NCBI GenBank assembly: GCA_963755715.1
Contig: CAVWLW010000033.1
Span: forward strand, 128,001-192,000
Length of the DNA: 64,000 nucleotides
From: an uncultured delta proteobacterium
Lineage (GTDB): Bacteria > Desulfobacterota > Binatia > UBA9968
Direction: 5' to 3'
This document shows, piece by piece, positions 1-10,291 of this stretch (positions within the stretch are counted from its first letter, which is position 1; the number at the start of each line of letters is the position of its first letter). The position numbers were made by a program, and so were the translations under genes. Under the pieces are notes generated by a model. The model saw only the letters and a program-made list of their open reading frames with translations. It was not told the DNA's origin and ran no database searches.

Positions 1-613
1 CGACATGAAGCTGGCCGTCGGGATTCACGATGGCCGTATCGTAACCATGCGCCAGGTGCACGGCGATCACATCGTCGAAGTCACGGATAAAAAACTCAAA
101 GAAGCAGGCGAAGCGGATGGCATGATCACCGGCGAATCGGATATTTATCTCGGCGTGTTAACCGCCGACTGCGTGCCGATCCTCTTCGTTGCACCGAAAC
201 AACGACTCATCGCCGCCGTGCACGCGGGGTGGCGCGGCACGTTGGCGGGAATTGCTGACAAGACGGTGCGTTTATTCAAGAGCCAATACGACGTCGAAGC
301 GCATGATTTGGAAGTCGCGTTTGGCCCATCCATCGGTCCCTGTTGTTATGAGGTGAAGGAGGATGTGACGGTGCCGCTGATGAAAACTTGGGGGCGCTTG
401 ACGACCCCGAGCATCCACGTCAAAGAAGGAAAATCGTTTATCAATCTGCGCCGGCTCAATCGCGATATCGTGCGCGCATCCGGCGTCCCCGGAAAGCAGC
501 TCTTTAACGTCGGTCCTTGCACCGCTTGCGCCATGGACCAATTCTTTTCCTACCGGCGCGAGGGCGGAGAGACCGGCCGGCAAATAAGTTTCATCGGTTG
601 GTTGCCCTCCTAG
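1..613 (+). CDS. pgeF: Peptidoglycan editing factor PgeF/YfiH (laccase-domain protein), probably 5'-truncated by window edge
   Basis: Motifs QVHG, TADCVPI, HAGWRG, GPSIGPCCYEV, CTAC..FFSYRR. Confidence 0.9.
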   Translation, partial: DMKLAVGIHDGRIVTMRQVHGDHIVEVTDKKLKEAGEADGMITGESDIYLGVLTADCVPILFVAPKQRLIAAVHAGWRGTLAGIADKTVRLFKSQYDVEAHDLEVAFGPSIGPCCYEVKEDVTVPLMKTWGRLTTPSIHVKEGKSFINLRRLNRDIVRASGVPGKQLFNVGPCTACAMDQFFSYRREGGETGRQISFIGWLPS

Positions 614-901
614 CCTTTTGCGGTGATTAGCCCCTTTGAGGCCAATCCTGGATAAGATTTCGGCCGCTCGAGTGACCGATTTTGCCCTAGTGGATGGCCT
701 TCATGTGCGGACAGATGGTCCCGGGCATCAAACCGACACTATTACTCGCAATAGTTCGGTCGATCATTTAACATACGGCTTGCATTGCCGAGAGTAGAGT
801 AATGGCAAGGATAACCCACCCCAACTACGGATGACCGGTCCACTTTTTGGCGCCGTGGCGCCGGGTTTACGCCTATAGGCATCCAAGGTCGTCTTAATCC
901 C

Positions 902-2347
902 ATGGCCATGTCCGCACAAAAAATCCCCGCGGAGGAACAGCAGTGGCTGACTGATTCCTTCGTTGATCCCAATGGCCGGGTGTTCGAATGGCGCGGCGAG
1001 ATCTATCGAGTGATCGAGCCGGCCTATGCCGCGCGCTGGCAAGAATTGGCGAAGGACGGCACGATATCCACGCTTATCCGCGATGGTTTGTTGATCGAAA
1101 GCGAGCTAACGAGTCTTACGACCGAATCAAATCAGGCGGTTCTGCGTCATCGCCGGGTGCCGGTCGTCTCGTATTGCTATGAATGGGTGGCGCCGATGCT
1201 TAAAGCAGCGGCGCTCGTTACCGTGGAACTTTGCATTCGGCTCGCCGAAAAGGGGCTAACGCTGCAAGACGGTCATCCGTGGAATATTCTATTCGACGAT
1301 ACGAAGCCGGTTTATATCGACGCTGGTTCAATCGTTCCGGCCCGGGACGATATACTGTGGGCGCCATACCAGCAGTTCTGTAATTTTTTTCTCTTTCCGC
1401 TTTATCTTTATGCCGCCGACCGCGACCGGATAGCGCGTTGGTTGCTGCGCGATTACCTTTCCGGCGTGACCGATGAAGATTTGTTGGCGGCGCTGCCGCT
1501 GTCATTCAAATTACGCCATCCGCGGCGGACGCTCGGTGTCGCGGTGCCCAAATGGGCCGGCAAATTATTGGAACTCCTGCCCGACGATTTGCAGCAGCGG
1601 TTTTTTTCCATTTCTAAGACTGTCAATAGCGGGCCGACAAATCTAAACCTGAAAATCAAATTTCTGGAGTCGTTAAGGCGAGACATCGAGAGTTTGCGAC
1701 TCTCCGACGGCAACAGCCATTGGGCGCGTTACTACGGGACTACCGACAAGAGCTACTTTCAAACCGAGTTGTCGCCGGGCGACTGGCAGAAAAAGCAACA
1801 TATCGTGAGTGAGATTTTGGCCAGTGTTCGCGCGAAAAGCGTGCTCGACGTCGGCGCTAATACGGGGCACTACGCCAAACTTGCGGCGGACAGTGGTGCG
1901 CGGGTTACCGCCTGTGAACTCGACGTAGCGGCATTGACTGTTTGTTACGAGCAGGCGCGCGAAGAGAAAAATTGAACATCCTGCCGTTGGCGGTCAATGT
2001 GTTTAGCGACTCGCCGACCCCGGGTCGTGGCGGAGTGGCCTCGCCGCCGCCTGTCCGAGCGGCTGCGCAGCGACCTCGTCATGGGCTTGGCCCTCATTCA
2101 TCACGTCGTTGCAATGCAACGCATGAACATCCGCAGAGTGAGCGAGATCTTGGCCGCCTTGAGCTCTCGTTGGCTGCTCTTAGAATTCGCCGCACCGTTA
2201 AAGCCGAAGATCGGCGCGAGTCCCGTGCCGGGCTTGGACGATTACACAGTCGACGATCTCGAAAGCTGCTTGAAACAGCATTTCAAGGCTATCCGTCGAT
2301 TCTCTTCATATCCCGACGAGCGCAAACTATTTCTATGCGAAAAATGA
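902..2347 (+). CDS. NoeA-like protein: N-terminal kinase-like domain plus C-terminal SAM methyltransferase; two apparent frameshifts (~1970, ~2052)
   Basis: SFVDPNG, VSYCYEW, LQDGHPWNILF, VYIDAGS in 902..1975; LDVGANTG SAM motif; continues as KLNILPLAVN (1942 frame) and DLVMGLALIHH..WLLLEF (1997..2347). Confidence 0.75.
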
Positions 2348-4241
2348 CGCGCCTCTTCGAGATCTACGGCAAGATCGCGAGGCCTTGGCTCACGCTGGTC
2401 GTTTACCTCTGGATACTCGAGCTGCTGGCCACCTTCTCCGACTCGCGATCCGGAGCCGCTGTTCGATCGAATCGCCGACTGTAGCGCGATCTTGGCGACC
2501 TTGGCTTTCTGGATATGCGCCGCGGTCTTGTTGCCCTCGCTTATCGCTCTATTCGACAATCGCCGGACGATTTTCACCCTTAGCGCGTTCGCGCTCAAAG
2601 TCGCGACGATTCTGGTCACTGCTTTCTATTTCGTTCGCTGGATCTTTAATTGGGCGGCTTTATTCGGCGCTACGAACGCCGTTACATACCTGCTGCTCGG
2701 CGTCGGCCTGTTACTGGCGGTATGGAGTGGGTTCAGGCTCAAGAATCGCGTCCAATCGACGGCTGCTCAAGTCACATTAGAACGACGGCTGGTGCTATTT
2801 TGCGCGGCCCAGTTTTGCTAGCGGCGATACTCATTCTCGATGATAAAGGTCGGCAACAACTTTTGGTGGGAGTAAGACACTCGCCGGTCATTTGCTCATC
2901 CTTCCGCGCGCCGGCCCAATGTCGTCCTTCTCACGGCAGACGCATTACGCGCGCAAAACATGTCGTTATACGGTTATCATCGGAAGACCACGCCTTTCCT
3001 CGATCGCTTCGCCAGCGAGAGCAACGTTTATACTCAAATGCACGCTAACAGTACGTCGACGCGACCAAGCCTGACTACCATTCTCACTGGAAAAGATCCA
3101 TTTTCCCATGGCCGTTTGACAAAATTTCTGCCGGTTTACGACAGCCCGGAAAATCTGGTCGCGCTGTTGCGCGACCAGGGTTATACCACGGCGGCGATCA
3201 GCAGTAATGCGGATGCCACATTTTACTATCTTGGCTTGATTAAGTATCTTGTCCATGGCGAATATCCAAATTTTCGCCGGTTGACTCTGTCATTTTTGCG
3301 CGACAATGGCGTTTATCCGACCAACTCGGGAACCAGGATGTACGATGAATTCGCGCGCTGGTTTTTCCCTTGGGTTATCCGGAAAAGACGCTTGGTTATG
3401 GGCCTGCAAGCGACACGCTTCAGCTTGCGACTCAAATATTGACGAAGTTGCCGGAACCGTTTTTCTTGTTCGTGCATCTGCACGAACCGCATGACCCTTA
3501 TGAGACACCGCCGCCGTTCAAGGACAAGTACACAAGGCTCGGCAATCGTGAAGCTCGCGCGAAGCTGTCGGCGTTTTACTACCAGCGATATCAGCCGGAC
3601 TTGCAGCCGTTCGTCGACGCCGAGCGCGATCATTACGATGAGGCGATCGAATATTTAGATGCTGAGCTTGGAAAATTTGTGAACGCGTTGCGGCGAGACC
3701 CGAAAGAGTCAAAATACTCTGTTGGTATTGACCGCGGACCATGGCGAGTCCTTCGAGCGCGGCTTTCTAAATCACGGTGAGGATTTGTACGAAAGCTCCA
3801 TCCATGTGCCTTTAGTGATCAAATTTCCGGGTCAGCGAAAAGGCGAAAGATTATTTTTTCCGGTTCAGTCGATCGATATCGCGCCGACAATCGTGGAGAC
3901 GGCCGGTATCGCCGTGCCAACGTGGATGGACGGCGTCTCTCTCGATCAAACCTGAAGGGCTCGATGATAGGGAGAAAGTTTCGGTCAATTACAAAGACCC
4001 CGTGCAGCGAAAAATTTATGACCAGCCAACCAAGGCGGCGATCCGTTGGCGACAGTTCAAGATGATCGTGAGCTGCGATGTTGGACGAGCGGAGCTGTAC
4101 GATCTCGATCAGGACTCGGGCGAGCGCAATGATTTGTTCCAGTCGTCGCCGGCGCTGGTAGGAGAATTATGGGAAAAACTCCAGCGTCATCTCGCGAAGA
4201 GCGCGGCAAAAATGCCCTGTTTGTTTCATCCGAATGGTTAG
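2344..4241 (+). CDS. Membrane-anchored sulfatase/alkaline-phosphatase-superfamily hydrolase or transferase, split by several frameshifts
   Basis: ATG overlaps the upstream stop (ATGA). TM segments in 2344-2880; PNVVLLTADALRA, STSTRPSLTTILTG, HLHEPHDPY, YDEAIEYLD, TADHGE, SIHVPLVI, DIAPTI and ELYDL are spread over successive frames. Confidence 0.75.
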
Positions 4242-4286
4242 GCTGGATAGTGTGAAAACGTGATGCTCAGAAATTGAACCACTGCC

Positions 4287-4526
4287 TTGGGTATGATGAA
4301 AACAATTGCCGCATTGGTGTTTTTTTGTGTGTTCCAGCTAATCGTAGTTGGGCCCGCCGCGGCTTATATCGATCCGGGGACGACCGGATTGGTATCGCAA
4401 GTCTTGTACGTTCTGTTCTATGGCGCGTTGGCAGCCTGCCTCTATTTTTTTCGTTCTCTTATTTCGTTCGTGACCGGCGTCAAGGAGTTTTTAGCTAAAT
4501 TTTTCGGTCGTTGGCTCCGGCGCTAA
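4287..4526 (+). CDS. Small YIDPG-motif membrane protein (signal peptide, YIDPG, TM helix, basic tail)
   Basis: MKTIAALVFFCVFQLIVVGPAAA-YIDPGTTGLVSQVLY...FFGRWLRR. Confidence 0.7.
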   Translation: MGMMKTIAALVFFCVFQLIVVGPAAAYIDPGTTGLVSQVLYVLFYGALAACLYFFRSLISFVTGVKEFLAKFFGRWLRR

Positions 4527-4748
4527 TATATTGCAGGCGTATTCCCGGATGCTTGATTGGGTCCCACGGTGTCTAGAGCGCAGGCAACTTAGCGGTTCCA
4601 AGTCTTTTTTTATTTTTCCGGTTGTATTAAGCAGTAGAAAATTCAGGCAAAGGTGGACTTCGACGCGGTGCTGCGCAGGAGAAGTCGTCCTGGCTGCAGC
4701 GCCGATCGGGAGTCGAAGAACATTTACAGCTTAGCAGGAGCGCGAATT

Positions 4749-5711
4749 ATGAAATTCACTCGGCGAAACTTTCTCACTAAAGTCACCGTGGGTGTTGCCG
4801 GCGTATCACTCATGCGCGATCTCGGTTGGGCGCAGACGAAGGGCAAACTCGGTTACATGAAGATCGTCGACAACGCCGCAATGTTCATGGCTATGGAAAA
4901 AGGCTTCTTCAAAGCCGAAGGACTCGAGATCGAGACCGTGCCGATGGCAGGTGGCGCGGTGATCGTGCAAGGCGTGACTTCCGGCGATCTGCAATTTGGC
5001 TGGACGAATGTGATTTCACTCTATCAAGCCGTCGTCGAGGGTTTCGACTTTAAGTTGATCGCCGGCGGCGCGACCAATGTCAGGGGAACCAACGAGACCC
5101 ACGCCATCGAAGTCCTGAAAGACTCTCCGCTTAAAAGCGCGAAGGACCTTGAAGGTAAGACCGTTGCGGTCAACACGCTCAACAACATCGTTCACTTGAT
5201 GGCAATGGCTTGGGTCGACAAGAACGGCGGCACATCGAGCAAAATCAAATTTGTCGAGATTCCGTTCCCGCAAATGGAACCCGCTCTGGTTGCCGGCAAA
5301 GTAGACGCGATCAGCGTGCAAGAACCCTTTGCCGCAGCCGCGGCGCGCAAGCCGGAGGTCCGCGTCTTGTCGAATCCATGGGGCGATGTCGTGCCAAAAT
5401 TTTTGATCGCGAGCTGGTTCGCGTCCGACAAATGGATTCAAAAAAATAAGCCAACGGGTCAAGCCTTCGTGCGCGCTATCAATCGCGGCATCGATGCCAT
5501 CCACGCGGACAAAGAAGGCGGGAGGAGCGCGATGATCAAGTGGTCGGGGTTGAATCCGGACATGGTCGGCAAGATCGGCCTGCCCCTCTTCGAAAAAGCC
5601 GTGTCGGAAAAGGATGTCCAGGTCACCATCGATTTGACTTTAAAATACAAATTGATTTCCCAAGCGATCAAAGCGCGGGAAGTGATCAGCGACATCGCGC
5701 CGAAGGCTTAG
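4749..5711 (+). CDS. SsuA/NMT1/THI5-family ABC substrate-binding protein with Tat signal
   Basis: RBS AGGAG; MKFTRRNFL twin-arginine motif; [19 protein letters not shown]. Confidence 0.85.
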   Translation: MKFTRRNFLTKVTVGVAGVSLMRDLGWAQTKGKLGYMKIVDNAAMFMAMEKGFFKAEGLEIETVPMAGGAVIVQGVTSGDLQFGWTNVISLYQAVVEGFDFKLIAGGATNVRGTNETHAIEVLKDSPLKSAKDLEGKTVAVNTLNNIVHLMAMAWVDKNGGTSSKIKFVEIPFPQMEPALVAGKVDAISVQEPFAAAAARKPEVRVLSNPWGDVVPKFLIASWFASDKWIQKNKPTGQAFVRAINRGIDAIHADKEGGRSAMIKWSGLNPDMVGKIGLPLFEKAVSEKDVQVTIDLTLKYKLISQAIKAREVISDIAPKA

Positions 5712-5718
5712 GAAAAAG

Positions 5719-5763
5719 TTGGAGTAGAGTAAGAGCCCAATACTCCAATTATTCCATTCTCCC
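5719..5763. repeat. Degenerate 8-mer tandem/inverted repeat (TTGGAGTA / TACTCCAA)
   Basis: ttggagta 5719-5726 pairs with tactccaa 5741-5748, followed by ttattcca ttctccc; same unit as 48836-48907. Confidence 0.55.
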
Positions 5764-6529
5764 GTGGCCATCCTCGAAGTCCAAGGTCTGTCGAAGAGCT
5801 ATCGTCAAGCTAGCGGCGAAACCACAGTCGCCATCGACAACATCACTTGCCAGGTTGAAGCGGGAGGATTCGTTTCGTTCGTCGGGCCGTCGGGCTGCGG
5901 CAAGACGACGCTGCTCATGTCGATCGCTGGCCTTTTGGCGCCGACGTCGGGGCGAGTCATTGTCAACGGCAATTCGGTCGCCGGGCCGCCGGCGAATTTG
6001 GTCCTGCTGTTTCAAGAATATAACAAATCGCTCTTCGCCTGGCGTTCGGTTCTCGGCAACGTTCGTTTCGGCCTGGAAGCGCGGCGAGATCAGCTCGGCG
6101 GATGCCGGAGAAAAGGCCAAAACGCTGATCGAGCTCGTCGGCCTCAAGGGGTTCGAAAACCATTATCCTTGGGAGCTTTCCGGCGGCATGCAGCAGCGCG
6201 TCGCCATCGCCCGGGCACTCGCGTACGAACCGGAAGTCTTATTGATGGATGAGCCATTCGGCTCGCTCGACGCGCTGACTCGTTTGGAGCTCGAAGATGT
6301 CTTGCTGCGGATTTGGGCGGAGCTCAAGACGACGATCCTTTTTATCACCCACGATATCGAAGAAGCGATCTATCTATCCGACCGCATCTGGGTATTGAGC
6401 CGCCGCCCGTCGCAGATCATCGACGAAATCGAAATCACTTTTACGCGGCCGCGCAACCAGGTGACGACTCGCGCGGAAGGGCGATTCATGGAAATCAGAA
6501 ATGCCATCTACGATCAGATCCGCAATTGA
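5764..6529 (+). CDS. NitT/TauT-family ABC ATP-binding protein, frameshift ~6080
   Basis: Walker [10 protein letters not shown] (5764 frame); [27 protein letters not shown] in the second frame. Confidence 0.9.
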
Positions 6530-7308
6530 TGGGTGCCGCGAAAAAATTCAACTGGCTTGGTTGGTCCGCCTTCGCTCTTTTGTTGTGCCTCTGGGAGCTC
6601 GGCTCGCGCGCGGCGCCCAAGCTGCAGCTTTATGTGCCGCCGATCAGCCAAGTGATGGTGGCGCTCGGGCAGTTGGCGTTGGCCGGTCCGATCGTAAAGC
6701 ACTTGATGATTACGCTCGGTCGATTCTTGGAAGGATATCTGCTCTCCGCCGCGATCGGCGTTTCGCTGGGAATCGTTCTCGGCTATTTTCGCATCGTCCA
6801 CAGTTTTCTAGAAATGTCGATCGAATTTCTCCGGCCGATGCCATCGGTGGCGATCATTCCCGTCGCCATTTTGGCGCTCGGCATCGGCGACTCGATGATT
6901 GTTGCAGTCACGGTTTATGCCACCGTCTGGCCAATCCTGATCAATACCCTCGACGGCGTCCGGCGCATCGAAAAGATCTTGCTCGACACCGGCCGCACGT
7001 TCAGTCTCGTGCGTCGGCAAATACTGTGGCAAATCATTTTGCCGGCCGCCTCGCCTTACATCGTTACTGGGTTACGTCTCGGTGTGTCCATCGCGCTTAT
7101 CTTGGTCACGACCGCCGAGATGATCGCCGGCAGCAAGGGCTTGGGCTTTTTTATCCTCGACGAAGAACGCTCCATGAACAGCGCGGCCATGTACGGCGGT
7201 ATTCTCCTGGTCGCAGCTCTTGGCTATACGCTCAATCGGCTGTTTCTCGTCGTCGAAGCGAGGACGATGCGCTGGCACCGCGGCGTGACCGCGCGGGAAT
7301 CGGCCTAA
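6529..7308 (+). CDS. NitT/TauT ABC permease
   Basis: ATG overlaps the ATPase stop; FLRPMPSVAIIP, ILPAASPYIVTGLR, AEMIAG. Confidence 0.9.
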   Translation: MGAAKKFNWLGWSAFALLLCLWELGSRAAPKLQLYVPPISQVMVALGQLALAGPIVKHLMITLGRFLEGYLLSAAIGVSLGIVLGYFRIVHSFLEMSIEFLRPMPSVAIIPVAILALGIGDSMIVAVTVYATVWPILINTLDGVRRIEKILLDTGRTFSLVRRQILWQIILPAASPYIVTGLRLGVSIALILVTTAEMIAGSKGLGFFILDEERSMNSAAMYGGILLVAALGYTLNRLFLVVEARTMRWHRGVTARESA

Positions 7309-7309
7309 G

Positions 7310-8083
7310 ATGCAGCCAAGGCGACTGAACGGAGTTTTGTTTTTATGCGCGTTATTGGTCGCGTGGGAGATCGTGGCGCAGGCGCAATGGATCAATCCGC
7401 TGATCGTGCCGCCGCTCAGCAGGATCTTGCGCATTTTCTGGGAGCAGGTTTCCTCGGGTCAAATCCCTGCGCAGATACTCGTCAGCATGAAGCGCGCGGC
7501 GGCGGGTTACTTCCTCGCCGCCGCGGTGTTTATTCCGCTGGGTATTTTTATGGGCCTGTCGCAGCGAATCTACAGTCTCTTCGAAGTCATCGTCGAGATG
7601 CTGCGGCCGGTGCCGCCGCCCGTGCTGATTCCGTTGGCGATGCTGTTTTTCGGTCTCGAAGACAAGATGAAAATCTTTGTAATCTTTTTTTCCTGCGCCT
7701 GGCCGATCCTGCTCAATACGCTCGACGGCGTGCGCAGCATCGACCCGGTGCTGGCGAACACCGGCCGGACGTTCGGCTTGTCGCGCCTGAAAACCCTATG
7801 GCAAATCGTTCTTCCCGCCGCCTCGCCGCAGGTGATGACCGGCATGCGCGTGAGCTTGCCGATCACGCTGATCCTCGTCGTGATTTCCGAAATGGTCGGC
7901 AGCACGGACGGCATTGGCTACTTTATTCTCGACGCGCAGCGAAGGTTTAAAGTCGCGCAGATGTACGCCGGCATGTTTTCCTTGGCACTGCTCGGCTACC
8001 TGCTGAATCAGCTTTTCGATCTAGTGTATCGACGGCTGCTCGCCTGGCACTGGGGGATGATGCGAGGAAAGGATGAAGGATAA
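7310..8083 (+). CDS. NitT/TauT ABC permease (second paralog)
   Basis: LRPVPPPVLIP, VLPAASPQVMTGMR, SEMVGSTDGIG. Confidence 0.9.
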   Translation: MQPRRLNGVLFLCALLVAWEIVAQAQWINPLIVPPLSRILRIFWEQVSSGQIPAQILVSMKRAAAGYFLAAAVFIPLGIFMGLSQRIYSLFEVIVEMLRPVPPPVLIPLAMLFFGLEDKMKIFVIFFSCAWPILLNTLDGVRSIDPVLANTGRTFGLSRLKTLWQIVLPAASPQVMTGMRVSLPITLILVVISEMVGSTDGIGYFILDAQRRFKVAQMYAGMFSLALLGYLLNQLFDLVYRRLLAWHWGMMRGKDEG

Positions 8084-8140
8084 AGGCAAAGGATAAAGGA
8101 TAAAGGTTTTATCCCTTATCCTTCCGCCTTTTGCCTTTCA
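8069..8140. repeat. Heptamer tandem-repeat hairpin (AAGGATA)n / (TTATCC-like)n between convergent genes; likely bidirectional terminator
   Basis: aaggatg aaggata aaggca aaggata aaggata then tttatcc cttatcc ttccgcc ttttgcc. Confidence 0.75.
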
Positions 8141-9052
8141 TTAGACCACGTGCATGCCGCCGCCCGGAGGTGGTGTCGGTTGATTTTTGCCTGGAAGCCA
8201 TTCTACTTCTTTGCGCGGGCTGTTGCCTTTGACCGCGAACTTGGCGCGGCCCATGTTGGCGAATTCGATTTCGATTGTGTCGCCGGAATTCACCGGCTTG
8301 AGCCCTTCATGGAAGGTGCCGGTGGCGATGATATCGCCGGGGTTGAGCCGGACGAAGCGAGTCAGCCAGGCGATCTGGTTCGGAATCTTGTGCGCCATCG
8401 CGCCGGTGTTATAGTTCTGCCGGGGTTCGCCGTTGGTCCACGACTTGACGTTGACATTGTGCGGGTCAGGGATTTCGTCTTTGGTGATGATCCACGGACC
8501 GCAACAACCATGGGAATCCTGTCCCTTGGGTACAAATTGCGTGCGCCGCACCATGCCGCGGGTTGAGATATCGAAGAACGGCGCATAGCCGAATACATAA
8601 TCCAGGGCCTTATTCTCCGGCACGTCCTTGGCTGTTTTACCCATAACGAAAGCGAACTCGGCCTCGGGCTGATAGACTACGCTGGCAGGAATGTCGCGCA
8701 GCTCGACCGTGCCGTCCGGTCCCACCAGATCGGGAGATTTGTAGAAATATTCGTTAGGGAAATTGTCCGCGGTCCGCTCGGGGCGATCGATATAATTGCT
8801 GAAGGCGGCGATGCACTTGCTCGGCCGCGGCAGCGGGCAACGAAGCTGCACGCTGTCCAGCGGCACGCCGCTCTGCTCCGCCATGATTTTTTCAAAACGA
8901 CGGCGATACTTGCGCCAGCCTTCGATAATCTCTTCCATGACCCGCTGCGGTCCCTTGGCCTTGCGCGCGCTGACGCTGTCGCTCACGTCGACGACCATGT
9001 TGCCATCTTTGATGACGCCGATTCGATCATCGTTGAATCTCAGGATTTTCAA
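8141..9052 (-). CDS. Fumarylacetoacetate hydrolase (FAH) family protein
   Basis: RBS GAGGAG before TTG; YQPEAEFAFVMGK, DYVFGY, KGQDSHGCCGPWI, LNPGDIIATGT. Confidence 0.88.
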   Translation of the reverse strand: MKILRFNDDRIGVIKDGNMVVDVSDSVSARKAKGPQRVMEEIIEGWRKYRRRFEKIMAEQSGVPLDSVQLRCPLPRPSKCIAAFSNYIDRPERTADNFPNEYFYKSPDLVGPDGTVELRDIPASVVYQPEAEFAFVMGKTAKDVPENKALDYVFGYAPFFDISTRGMVRRTQFVPKGQDSHGCCGPWIITKDEIPDPHNVNVKSWTNGEPRQNYNTGAMAHKIPNQIAWLTRFVRLNPGDIIATGTFHEGLKPVNSGDTIEIEFANMGRAKFAVKGNSPRKEVEWLPGKNQPTPPPGGGMHVV

Positions 9053-9202
9053 TTGCGTCTCCTCTCTGGGCGAATTTCGGCATATCATTGCGATAACGAG
9101 CCGGGGTTGTCAAACCGATCCCGCGCCCAATCGTGCCAGGGGTATAATGCCGTCATCTTTCAAATTCATGCGTGTTGGTGTAATCGATTCGAAGGAGGAA
9201 AC

Positions 9203-10291
9203 ATGCTGCTGATCAACAACCAGGAAGTGGAAAAGCTATTCACGATGAAAGATTGTCTCGAAGCGTTGGAAGACGCCTACGACGATCTGCTCATCGGCGA
9301 TGCGGTGTATCGGCCGCGCTTGGATCTTTGGATGCCCTGCGAGCGGCCGGACGGCTACTGGCGCTGGGGCACGATGGAAGGAGCGAGCCGCAAGATCGGC
9401 GTGTTCGCGATTCGCATGAAATCCGACGTGGTTTATTGGCCCAAGGGCGAGACGGAAGAAAAGTATTGCATGCAGCCGGGCACCTGGTGCGGTTTGATCA
9501 TGGTGTTTAGCGTGCGCAACGGCGAGCCGCTGGCGATCATCAACGACGGGCTCTTGCAGCATATGCGCGTGGGTGGCTGCGCCGGCTTGGGCGCGAAATA
9601 TTTATCGCGCGCCGATGCCTGCGATGTCGGCATCTTCGGTTCCGGTGGCATGGCGCGCAGTTATCTCGAAGCGTTTTACGAAGTGCGTAAGCTGCGGCGG
9701 GTGAGAGTCTACAGCCCGACCCAGGCGAACCGCGAGAAGTTCGCCAGAGAAATGACCGGTAAATTGGACATCGAAGTCGTCGCCGTCGACACTCCGGAAA
9801 GGGTCGTGCGCGAAGCCGATATCGTCGCGACCTGCACGGATTCGACACAAACGATCTTCGATGAGCCTGACTGGCTGAAAGAGGGCGCGCATATCACCTC
9901 CGTGCGTGCCTGTGAGATCGGCCCACGCGTGATCAAGCGCTGCGATCTTTCGGTCAAGCTCGGCAAGAACACCATTGAGGCGATGGACGAAGGCATGATC
10001 CGCTTGCACGGCAACGTCGGCTACATCGCCGGACAACCCGAGGAGCGGGCGCGCATTCCGAACCCGACCGTGGACAATTACAAAGGCGATTACTTTAAAT
10101 ACTTCATGGATGTTAGAGCGGGAAAAGTTCCGGGGCGGGTAAATAATCAGCAGGTGACGTATTTTATCAACGCCGGCACGCAGGGACTTCAGTTCGCCGC
10201 CTGCGCCGGGAAAGTCGTCGAGCTCGCCAAGCAAAAAAAGGCCGGGCGCGAGCTGCCAACGGAGTGGTTCTTGCAGGATATTCGGGATTAA
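9203..10291 (+). CDS. Ornithine cyclodeaminase/mu-crystallin family protein
   Basis: RBS GAAGGAGG; NGEPLAII, MRVGGCAG, IFGSGGMA, ADIVATCT, GLQFAA. Confidence 0.85.
   Translation: MLLINNQEVEKLFTMKDCLEALEDAYDDLLIGDAVYRPRLDLWMPCERPDGYWRWGTMEGASRKIGVFAIRMKSDVVYWPKGETEEKYCMQPGTWCGLIMVFSVRNGEPLAIINDGLLQHMRVGGCAGLGAKYLSRADACDVGIFGSGGMARSYLEAFYEVRKLRRVRVYSPTQANREKFAREMTGKLDIEVVAVDTPERVVREADIVATCTDSTQTIFDEPDWLKEGAHITSVRACEIGPRVIKRCDLSVKLGKNTIEAMDEGMIRLHGNVGYIAGQPEERARIPNPTVDNYKGDYFKYFMDVRAGKVPGRVNNQQVTYFINAGTQGLQFAACAGKVVELAKQKKAGRELPTEWFLQDIRD

Noticed and set aside
733-760. Palindrome ACCGA-CACTATT..AATAGT-TCGGT upstream of the NoeA-like gene as an operator
   Set aside because: Single imperfect copy with no regulator nearby; cannot be assigned.
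1965-1975. Programmed ribosomal frameshift at the A-run in the NoeA-like gene
   Set aside because: A second break follows within ~80 nt and similar indels occur across the window, so assembly error is more parsimonious.
4658-4718. SRP (4.5S) RNA
   Set aside because: Lacks the conserved CAGG..GNRA..AGCAG domain IV motif.
8069-8140. CRISPR array (also considered at 31184-31270)
   Set aside because: Units are 7 nt with no unique spacers, and there are no cas genes.
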